A stretch of 64,000 bases of DNA from Octopus sinensis (Eukaryota), in NCBI RefSeq assembly GCF_006345805.1, contig NC_043015.1, positions 52,266,001 to 52,330,000 of the forward strand, given 5' to 3'. The position numbers were made by a program, and so were the translations under genes. Position 1 is the first letter of the stretch; each line of letters opens with the position of its first letter. Of this stretch, positions 50,873 to 64,000 are shown piece after piece. The notes under the pieces are model-generated. The model ran no database searches. It saw only the letters and a list, made by a program, of their open reading frames with translations, and was not told the DNA's origin.

Positions 50873-51312
50873 GGCGCAGGAGTGGCTGTGTGGTAAGTAA
50901 CTTGCTTACCAGCCTCATGGTTCCGCGTTCAGTCCCGCTGTGTGGTAACTTGGGCGAGTCTCTTCTACTATAGCTTCGAACCGACCAAAGCCTTGTGAGT
51001 GGATTTCGTAGACGGAAACTGAAAGAAGTCTGTCGTATATATGTATGTATGTGTGTGTTGTGTGTGTGTTGTGTGTGTGTGGTGTGTGTGTGTGTGTGTG
51101 TGTTTGTGTGTGGGTCAGTATCCCCCCACAACATCGCTTGACATGCGATGCTGCTGTGTTTACGTTCCCGTAACTTAGCGGTTCGGCAAAAAGAGACCGA
51201 TAGAGTAAGAACTAAGCTTAGAAGAATAAGTCCTGGTCTCGATTTGCTCGACTAAAAGGTGGTGCTCCAGCATGGCCGCAGTCAAATGACCGAAAGGAGT
51301 AAAAGAGAAAAG
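50873..51312 (+). mobile_element. Full-length family B SINE with internal (TG)n
   Basis: ggcgcaggagtggctgtgtggtaag...ttgggcgagtc...(TG)n...gcatggccgcagtcaaatgac. Confidence 0.88.
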
Positions 51313-51375
51313 GAACATATATAAATGTGTGCGTGCGTGTGTGTCTGTGTGTGTGTGTCTGTGTGTGTGTGTCTC

Positions 51376-51406
<31 letters not shown>

Positions 51407-51660
51407 GTTGTATACTTACATGCATATATACATCCATTATATTCATTGATGTACAATGGCCGCCATCACAGACATCCATCAGTTTCTAAAGACACGAGCA
51501 CCAACTTACAAGCGTGTGCTTAAAGCTGAGACGACAGTCAGTGCTAGAAAGAGAGCGAAAATACAGTTGAATTACCGTTAAACCTGACATTGCTGTTTTA
51601 GAAAGGAAAACAGAGCATTGAAAAATGTAATTCTCGGTAGACAACAGTATTTAGAAAAAC

Positions 51661-51922
51661 TATTAGGTTGGTGCATAACTATTGCGGCTTTTTTCAACAA
51701 ATTTTAGTCAACAAAAACAATAACAATGTTTAAATAAAACATCTTTAAATGACGGTATGGCCGTCTGCCAAGCAAATGGGGAGTAGTAATTGAAGAAGAT
51801 GATGAATATGCTCCGGAATAATCATTTAAAAATGTTTTTGTTACATGTTGTTATTGTTTATGTGGAATAAAATTTGTAGAAAAAAAAAAAAAGAGCCACA
51901 ATAATTATGCACCAACCAACTA
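51661..51922 (+). mobile_element. Mariner-derived MITE (~260 bp) with Hsmar1-like TIRs
   Basis: Left TIR ttaggttggtgcataactattgcggctttt, right aaagagccacaataattatgcaccaacc; imperfect inverted arms of ~80 bp; centre reads GMARLPSKWE*VIEEDDEY (mariner C-terminus). Confidence 0.85.
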
Positions 51923-52173
51923 ATCAATATTAGAGGTTGGTCACTGTTGGAATGTCTGTTGCTCGTAGGTCTGCCAGCTCAGCGCTGACACTGGGCTAAA
52001 CAAGAACAGCAACAAGAGTAATACTGTATCTAGTACATTCGTTGGGTCGGTGTGGGTTGTTGTGATAGAGTGTATTGCTATGGCAGACAAACCGCGCGTA
52101 CGGCATCATGCCAAGAATTTCTTTCCAACCCATTAGTTCCACTTAACCTCCGTTTCTCATCACCTCGCACCAC

Positions 52174-52368
52174 AAACGCCACCGCCAACACTGTCAGTAT
52201 CACCACCACCACCACCAATGCCATCACCAACACCACCAACGGCACCATCGCGAGTTCCTCCTCTACTAACCAACCCTTCCATCAGTTTCCTAATTTCGTC
52301 CTAACCTTGTACACTTTATCAAAAATACCCTCGCTATTTCTACCCTTTACTCGAAGCGTACCTCCTTT
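52174..52368 (+). repeat. Donor copy of a ~190-bp segment duplicated at 55580-55763
   Basis: aacgccaccgcc...ccaacggcaccatcgcgagttcc...cctaaccttgtacactttatcaaaaataccctcg...tcgaagcgta..ctccttt is present at both sites. Confidence 0.85.
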
Positions 52369-52690
52369 AATTTTCTCCTTCTCAACCGCTCCTCTCTCTC
52401 TCTATCTTACTCTCTCCCATGCACACACATACACACACACAAACACTTACTCATTCCCACAAACGCACAGACGCTCACTAGCCTACGAACGCGTGCGTTT
52501 TCTAAATCGTTTTAGCGTTATCTCCATCAAATTATCACAGCATCCACTTCATATTCTATTAATATCACTACCCCCATTGAGCACTATTCCTTCCCTTGCC
52601 ATTTGCACCATACAAGGACACCACACACACACACACACACACACATACAAACATACACACACGCACGCATGCGCACACCTGTATGTGTAC

Positions 52691-52759
<69 letters not shown>

Positions 52760-52784
52760 ATATATATATATATATATTATATAT

Positions 52785-52834
<50 letters not shown>

Positions 52835-53213
52835 TATATATATATATATATATGTATATATTATATAATATATACAATAGAGGGTAAACGTTTTTATTTC
52901 TCTTTCCATTTCAGAATTACAACTACTAGTGTTTTGGAGTTTAGCTGCTCTTTCTAGTGAGTCCGATGTCCTATTATAGCCATCCCTTATATGTTTGAAT
53001 ATATGTATATATGTATGTAATATATAGTATATATATATGTAATATATATATATAATATATATATATATAATATATATATATACGTATATACATTTAAATA
53101 TGCGTGTACGCAGGTGTATGTATGTATACACACGCACACACACATATATATACATATACATGTATATTTACGTATGTATGCATGTATGTGAGAGAATATA
53201 AATATATATATAA

Positions 53214-53597
53214 GGCGTAGGTGTGGCTGTGTGGTAAGTAGCTTGCTTATGAACCATATGGTTCCGGGTTCAGTTCCACTGCGTGGCACCTTGGGCAAGT
53301 GCCTTGTGAGTGGATTTGGTAGACGGAAACTGAAAGAAGCCCGTCGTATATATGTATACATATATATGTTTGTGTGTGTGTATGTTTATGTGTCCGTGTT
53401 TGTCCCCCCAACATCGCTTGACAGCCGATGCTGGTGTGATTACGTGCCCGTAACATAGCGGTTCGACAAAAGAGACCAATAGAATAAGTACTAGGCTTAC
53501 AAAGAATAAGTCCTGGGGTCGATTTGCTCGACTAAAGGCGGTGCTCCAGCATTGCCACAGTCACATCACTGAATCAAGTAAAAGAGAGTAAAGAGAA
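53214..53597 (+). mobile_element. Full-length family B SINE (small internal deletion)
   Basis: ggcgtaggtgtggctgtgtggtaag...gtggcaccttgggcaagtg (CORE-like)...ggcggtgctccagcattgcc. Confidence 0.88.
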
Positions 53598-53726
53598 TAT
53601 GTATATACACACACAAGAGAGCTGACACCCAATTAAATGTTGTGGGTTAGAAAGAAATATGAAAGCGCTAAACCATTTCGTTTCCCAGATTGTGGGCAAT
53701 GTGTGTGTGTGTGTGTGTGTGGTGTG

Positions 53727-53759
<33 letters not shown>

Positions 53760-53944
53760 TTGTATGTACGTAGTAGTTGGTGTACGACAAACAGAGACAC
53801 TTATAATTACGTAATATACACAATTATATCGCCACATTTTCACCAAGGTTCACTTGTGTACTGCACGCTGATAACTATTTAGATAAGTGTCTATATACAT
53901 GTTTATATTAGTATATATTCCATATTATATATATATATATCATT

Positions 53945-54140
53945 CTTCGTTCTTTTACTTCTTTCAGTCATTTGACAACGGCCATGCTGTAGCACTGCCT
54001 TTAGTCGAACGAATCGAGCCCATGACTTTTTTGTAAGCCTAGTATTTATTCTAGGCCTCTTTTGCCGAACCGCTAGGGTACGGGGACTTAAACACAGCAA
54101 CATCTGTTATCAAGCGATGGCGAGGGGGAAAACACAGAGA
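53945..54140 (-). mobile_element. Family B SINE, 3' half
   Basis: cttttacttctttcagtcatttgac..ggccatgctgtagcactgcc...tttgccgaaccgcta...caagcgatgg. Confidence 0.75.
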
Positions 54141-54648
54141 CACAAACATATACATAGATACATACATATACATACACATCTATTATATAAAATGCGTTCT
54201 GTCTGTGTGTATGTCTTCAGTCTGTCTGTGTATATGATCTCGGGCATCCTCCATCTGATTGCGCTCAAATTTGATATATAGATACCGACGGTATCAGGGC
54301 GTGTATAAGTCTTGAAAAGATTACAAAAATCGATTCTAGGTGAGAATGCGATCGATAAAGCTGTGGGAACGTGCATTTGTACGTGCAAGTACATCAGCTG
54401 TTGCGATGTACTTACTGGTACTTTAAACTCTTCGGTTGCATATTTGTGTGAATAAAATCGCTTTTCTTTGGAATAAAAAAAAAGTCTATCTTTGTTTCTT
54501 CTTTTGGTGGTATCTCAAATTTAGGTTAAATCAGTGTTTCTCAAAGGGAAGGTCTATGGGGCGGTCGGACAAGTTGTTATGAGAAAATTTGGTTTAAGTA
54601 TCTGACAACTCAGCACCGTCCATTGGACAGGGGGCGTTTTGCTCGTAT

Positions 54649-54716
<68 letters not shown>

Positions 54717-54812
54717 CCGACGGGCTTCTTTCATTTTCCGTCTACAAAATCTACTTACAAGGCTTTGGTTCGGCCCGAGGCTATAGTAGAAGACACTTGC
54801 CCAAGGTGCCAC
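54717..54812 (-). mobile_element. Family B SINE, middle fragment
   Basis: cgacgggcttctttca...cccgaggctatagtagaagacacttgcccaaggtgcc. Confidence 0.8.
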
Positions 54813-54821
54813 TCATAAATA

Positions 54822-54862
<41 letters not shown>

Positions 54863-55050
54863 GCATATATATATATATATATATATATAATTATATATAT
54901 ATATTATATATATACATGCATACAAACATGCACACACATCTATATCTTTCTATCTATATGTATGTGTGTGTGTGTGTCAGTATATATAGACATACACACA
55001 TATATATTGTATATATATATATATATATATATAAGTATATATATGTGAGC

Positions 55051-55081
<31 letters not shown>

Positions 55082-55461
55082 TGTATGTATGTATGTATGT
55101 ATGTATGTATGGATATAGAGATATTGTTTGTAATGTATCTGGACCGAGAAATATGTATGTTCTCTTAAAAATGAAATATAAGAAAGAGCCGGTTTAACCA
55201 TTTGGTGTTGTGTTCGTAAACCGTCCAAATAGGCTTAGTGTAGTGTGGGCAGTACCACTGCTTAATACACCTTCAACATTGTCACCAGCGTAATTCTTTT
55301 CCTCTACCATACTGATTGACGTTGCGGCCCGAATGTTAAGCCTTCCTTGGCGTGCATGTGTCGATGTCGTCTTCAATGTTCACAGACCTGGAAAATATGT
55401 TACCGAGGTACGTGAACTTATCAACAATCTACACAAATACATACACATAAATGTATATACA

Positions 55462-55536
<75 letters not shown>

Positions 55537-55547
55537 TATATATATTT

Positions 55548-55865
55548 ATACGACCGGCTTCTTTCAGTTTCCGTCTACCAAACGCCACCGCCAAACACTA
55601 TCACTATCATCAATGCCATCACCAACACCACCAACGGCACCATCGCGAGTTCCTTCTCTACAAAACAACCCTTCCTCCTGTTTCCTAATATCATCCTAAC
55701 CTTGTACACTTTATCAAAAATACCCTCGTTATTTCTACACATTCCTCGAAGCGTAGCTCCTTTGGTCGGCCCGGGACAATAGTAGAAGACACCCAAGGTG
55801 CCACGCAGTGGGACTGAACTCGGAACCGTGTGGTTGAGTAGCACGCGTCTTATCACACAGCAACT
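55548..55865 (-). mobile_element. Family B SINE, 5' half, interrupted by a templated insertion (55580-55763)
   Basis: acgaccggcttctttcagtttccgtctaccaa | insert | tttggtcggccc...caaggtgccacgcagtgggactgaactcggaacc. Confidence 0.8.
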
Positions 55866-55923
55866 CCTATCTTCACACACACACACACACACACACGCAC
55901 ACACACACACACACACCACACAC

Positions 55924-55973
<50 letters not shown>

Positions 55974-56781
55974 CAGTATATATATACACATTCATTAATC
56001 CGTACCTTCCCCTGTCAGCCAGCAAGTAAAATGTGGTCTAACAGAAAAACAGAGAGAAATAAAACTGACTGTGAAAATGTCTGACCTTTTTCATGCTTGC
56101 GTTAGTGAAACTAACAAACGGAAGTACACTTACCGATTTCCCGTTTATACACTTAGCCGCTTTTACAGACTGCTTCTTTATACGCCATTTTATCTATATT
56201 CTTTTACATCCGATTAACATAGTAAGTTCTGTCTAGAGCCAATCACTTAATGTCTATGTGTATATAAATATTTATATATAAATATATGTGAGTACCTGTT
56301 TGTATGTAGTATGTATGTGTGAGAAGCGGTGAGGTTCCCATATGAGTGCGTGTATATACATTATATACATACATACATACATACATACATGCATACATAC
56401 ATACATACATATATACATAAATACATACATACACACACACTATATATATATGAAAGCATACATATATATATATAATACATATATATATGTATATATATGT
56501 ATATATATATATATTATATATTATATATATATATATATATTGTGTGTATGTATATATATATATTATATATATATGTATACATATGCGTGTCTGTATGCGG
56601 TGTATGTGTGTCTGTGTGTTTACATACCAAGAAAAATGTACATACTCTTACACGCAAGCACACATATATTTTACATAGATACATTAAGTCACACACATCA
56701 GTTTACGTGAATGCATACACATATATACACTTATATATTTCTACCCACGAACACAAACACAAGAATGCCCACGCATACATT

Positions 56782-56827
<46 letters not shown>

Positions 56828-56935
56828 AAGAGAGAGAGAGGGCGATAAATCGCTCTTTTTCTCACTCTCTTTCTCTCACACTCTCTCTCTCTTTATATAT
56901 ATAAATATAACAATTATATATATATATATTATATA

Positions 56936-56979
<44 letters not shown>

Positions 56980-57929
56980 TATACATATAACATACATGTA
57001 TATCAACATATCCGCATAATTGTATACTGGGAGTGTTATGGCTATTAGCGGTTTCCTTTATTATAATGAAAACAAGTATTTCGGGGACATTACCGAAAAG
57101 ACTGTAAGAGAAAATCGTGTCTACGAGTGTGCATGAATAGAAATATCGCTAGTAGCATCTGATAAACCTAATGAGTTATTGCTGATAAAAGTACCTCGAG
57201 TGGAAACCTCTAATGAACATAAAAAATATTATTAATGTTTAGATTCGTAATTGACGCTAGACCCTTCCAATTGAGAAATGTTAACTGTTATCGTTGTTAT
57301 TTAATGTGGTTTTGTCAGGAATTGTCTGTTACTCGTATATCTGTTACGCTGCTGCTTCTATACCAAAGCGATGTTTCTCGTCTGAATCCAACCAGGATAA
57401 AAAGCCTCTCCACTGATTTACAGAAAACCACTCATCCACCAACATATTTTTAAGTCTAACTCTCAGACGGTTACTTGTAATTCATCCTTCCTTTGCTATC
57501 GCTGTTAAAAATGTCGATATAACGATTGTCCCTCTGTCCCTTATGCTAATGAATCGTGTATATTATGAACAGGCATTTGTCGGAAAGGTAGTTGTTTTCC
57601 TGCGACGAAATGCAACAATATTTAGCATGTTCACTAACGAGACTGTTGGCACATTTTAAAAATTAATATCCATGTCATCATTTTGATTCTCGCTGAGCAC
57701 CATGCATATGACATGTTATTGTCAGCGGGCAGATATCATCATGCATTATTGAGCAAGGATTTTGCTGAACTTGTAAAACAAGTGAATTAGTTCATGTTAG
57801 GTTTCTTGATCCGCAAGTGCTTCTCGCTGACGACATACAAGCATGTCGAAATGTCGACTGCCCCCACAGTCTTCTGCGCTAATGAATCAAGTGTGCTACA
57901 AATACATATTCGTCGTAAAGAAGAAACTG

Positions 57930-58866
57930 TTCTCCTGTGTCAAAACACAACAACGAGAAGCATAATTCACGTTAAAACATACTGGAACGCATTGAGAACA
58001 AATATGAGAGCCACCGTGATTTGGTTCTCAGATTTAGTTACAAGTCCGCCACATCTGACACCACATAGTGTCGCGAAGAAATTAGCTTTCTGATGTGCAA
58101 TAAAAGATCGAATTGATCTGTTATTTTTTATTACATTTCCATAAACCTTACATAACTCTAAAGGACCACATACCATTTAGTTCACGAAATCCAAATGCAA
58201 TTAATCATCGCGATACCAAGACAATAACAAAGACTAGGAAGTCAGTATACAACTACGACGATTCCTACTGGGAAAAAGGTAATAGGCAATCTTTTATCCG
58301 ACGTCACTATAAAGAACTATGACGAAAATGGGGAGAAAAATCACGTGGTGTTTTTCATTCTCGATGTCCACAGGGATCGTACCACACTATAGCACTGGAT
58401 TGCATGCAGATAACGGTTTAACAATCATAGATGATATAGACTGACTACATTATAGATGGTCTAAGAGAGTTTTCCGTGGGAATATCTTAGAAATTTTAAT
58501 TGAATATAAGTATTTCACCCTGGAGTCACATCATCTAGATGCTTCTGATTGTAAAGAAATAAAGGCTTGCCAATGAAATTAAGCATTAACTTAATGATAG
58601 CCAAATTTCTTCAATACAGGAACGGTTGAAAGAAGGATATAGAAGAGAGTTCACGATTTAGACGTAAACAAAACAAGTAAACAGCACCTCCACATAATGT
58701 CAAGTAAGCACGCTATACGTGCACTCAAAAACATAGGTGTGTCCCAGTCGTAATTAGAAAAGCTTTCATCTGTCGACTGGGGCGATGATGGTGGCGCTAT
58801 AGGTCTTGCAGGTGGAGTGATGCCGCAGCTGCTGCTGCAGATGATGATTATGGTGAAGATGATGAC

Positions 58867-58911
<45 letters not shown>

Positions 58912-60830
58912 GGTGGTGGTCGTCGTCGTCGTCGTCGTGATGGCCATGGTGTTGATGATGACGATGGCGATGACGATGTCAGTGATGATGATGGGGGTGA
59001 TGATTATAATGATGTGGCCAGGTTAAAAATAAAACAAGTGGATGTAGGGTGAATGTAACAAGGGGCGTATGATGCTATTGGAAATAATGAGATAGTTCGG
59101 CAATGTCTTTATTGGGTCGATGCTAGTTGTGCTTCATGTAGTCGTGGGGTCTGCTAGAAATAACAACCAAATCGTCACCAACTTACACATCAGCTTTTGC
59201 AAAAGGGAAGGACATACTACATTATACAATGTAGGACAAGACACACACACACACATATATATATATACATACATATATAACTGATGAAGAACAGATTCCT
59301 TCACCTATTCTCGGGCAGGAAGTTCGTTATTTGTGCCACTCTCTACCATAACGATACGCTATCCAGAAATGGGTTCAATGAATAACTGCTACTTTCAGAA
59401 AATACTTCAAGCGAAAGGAGAATCAACAAGTGATAGAAAGCCTGGTTTAATCCACTATGCAAACTGTTGCTTCTAATAATATAGCCAAGAACCTTCAAGA
59501 CATTAGAAAAGAGTTCCCACTTTCTCATAAATATAACAAACATACAAACACTCTTAACGTTAGGTAAGTTCCTACCTTTGCAACATCGGTTCTCCAATCA
59601 CTCACGACAGAAAGCGCCAGCTTCAATACCAAACATGTAACTGTTGAATTATACGTAGTTGCCTAGACACTCTAATAAAGCGATGTTTCTAGACTGTATA
59701 ACACACGTGTGTTACCGAAAAAAAGTTTCACTAGATTCTTTGCGAAGATTTGTTTCAAAAGCATTATCACCATTATCTATATTCATTAGATGCACAGGAT
59801 AGGTAAAAATCAGCACCATCATTTCAATTTATCTAGTATACCAGAGATCAAAACCCTAAACACTTTCTTATTTCTTTATTGCCAAAGGGGCTAAACAAAG
59901 AGGGGACAAACAAGGACAGAAAAACGGATTAAGTCGATTATATCGACCCCAGTGCGTAACTGGTATTTATTTAATCGACCCCGAAAGGATGAAAGGCAAA
60001 GTCGACCTCGGCGGAATTTGAACTCAGAACGTAACGGCAGACGAAATATGGCTAAGCATTTCGCCCGGCGTGCTAGCGTTTCTGCCAGCTCACCGCCTTA
60101 AAAACCTTAATTTAAGGCTCACCGCCTTAAACACCGTAAACACTTTCTAGTAACATATAGTATCATTGATAAAGCCACAACAAACGGATTAAGTCGATTT
60201 TATCGACCCCAGTGCGTAACTGGTATTTATTTAATCGACGCCGAAAGGATGAAAGGCAAAGTCGACCTCGGCGGAATTTGAACTGAGAACGTAACGGCAG
60301 ACGAAATATGGCTAAGCATTTCGCCCGGCTTGCTAACGTTTCTGCCAGCTCGCCGCCTTAAAAACCTTAATTTAAGGCGCGCCGCCTTAAACACCGTAAA
60401 CACTTTCTAGTAACATATTGTATCATTGATAAAGCCACAACATACTTCAGTGGATCAGGAAATAGCGGCCTTTCTCAAATTCGAAAGTTACAGACATTAA
60501 AAACAGTCAGTAATAACATTTAAGCATAGTTCTCAGATATTATCTAATTGTCTTCATCGGAGAAAATTACTCTTGGACGGATTCCAACGCCTGCCGTTTC
60601 AGATCCACAGCCATTAATCTAACAACTGCCACAAACCGATTCCATCGTGATGAATAAACATTAACAAAAATACTCTGTGTTCGCCATTGACATTTGCTAT
60701 AAATAAACTTTAGCATTATTGGTTTAGCGAGGCATTGGTTCTTATCGACATTTACCATGTATAGGGTACGATAGAAAAGAAAAGAACATCCCATATTGTA
60801 CTCGGCGCTATTAAAGTTAGGCAGATACAA
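57930..60830 (+). mobile_element. Highly degraded Ty3/Gypsy relic (gag, protease, RT, RNase H), broken up by microsatellites and SINEs
   Basis: Collinear remnants: ENKYESHRDLVLRFS (57994), RKWGEKSR (58323), LHADNGLTI...SKRVFRGNI (58400-58490, protease), DIRKEFP, FAKI...AQDR*KSA (~59750-59820, RT), WTDSNACRFRSTAINLTTATNRFHRD (60574, RT-RNase H link). Confidence 0.55.
59869..60441 (-). mobile_element. Family A SINE with a 12-bp TSD, then a 260-bp tandem duplication
   Basis: taaacactttct at 59857-59868, 60137-60148 and 60397-60408; duplicated units 59922-60181 and 60182-60441. Confidence 0.88.
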
Positions 60831-60984
60831 TGATGTTTTTTCATAGAGCTGAGGTGTTATTTTTCTTTCGTCTTTGGTTACCATTTTCGCTTGGATTCGT
60901 GCGTACTAAGCGTTTACAATTGAAATGTTCATAAAAAATGGTGAATTTGGTGTTTTTCGCCATATCCTATAAATATTCGCGTAG

Positions 60985-61230
60985 ATATTGAAGGTGTGTG
61001 TCTGACATTGAGATTGCAAGACAGGGGTTGTGATTCGTGGGGCGAGCAATGCGGTGAATTCTTGGGTAAAACACTTGATTTCCTGTTACTCCAGAGCATG
61101 TCGTTACAAATGAAGAAACCTGCGAAGGACTAGCGTCCCGCTCAAGGCAGAGTAGGGATCTCGGTCTCTTATAAACCATGAAAACCGCGTAACCGGCTCT
61201 ATCAGTCCTAGGGCTCGAAACAGTAATGTT
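60985..61230 (+). mobile_element. Degenerate SINE with a V-domain-like segment
   Basis: cctgcgaaggactagcgtcccgctcaagg resembles the V-SINE core (cctgcgatggactggcg.cc.gtccagg); upstream ttcttgggtaaaacactt. Confidence 0.4.
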
Positions 61231-61239
61231 CTGGTGTGT

Positions 61240-63905
<2,666 letters not shown>

Positions 63906-64000
63906 TACGAATAATAAGGATAACATATAAACAAATAATTTACACTTAGATTTAATTAGTCGTTACTCCGTGTCTTGTGTTACTGCTCCTCAATTTGATT

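Overview
AT-rich, extremely microsatellite-dense eukaryotic DNA, most likely from an octopod cephalopod (inferred from the SINE families and repeat style, not checked against a database). There is one 100-N scaffold gap at 24754-24853. I cannot support any host protein-coding gene: nearly all ORFs in the supplied track are low-complexity microsatellite read-throughs. The window is a layered mobile-element landscape. (i) A young non-autonomous Ty3/Gypsy LTR element (36513-40188, minus) has a tRNA-Leu PBS, a PPT, nearly identical but unequal LTRs and one 551-aa ORF spanning its internal region with decayed pol remnants. (ii) R4/Dong-like RLE retrotransposon 3' fragments sit in (TAA)n, and a related group is nested in (CATA)n. 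(iii) There are three Penelope-type terminal repeats carrying a minimal hammerhead ribozyme, a 76-bp-arm foldback apparently made from a hammerhead half, and a ~245-bp concatemer containing a GIY-YIG-like fragment. (iv) RTE, CR1 and mariner fragments, a mariner MITE and three abundant tRNA-derived SINE families are present. (v) Much of the apparently unique DNA translates as very old Gypsy gag/pol debris. (vi) There are several local duplications (1.75 kb, 260 bp, and a 185-bp templated insertion). All alignments and translations were done by eye.
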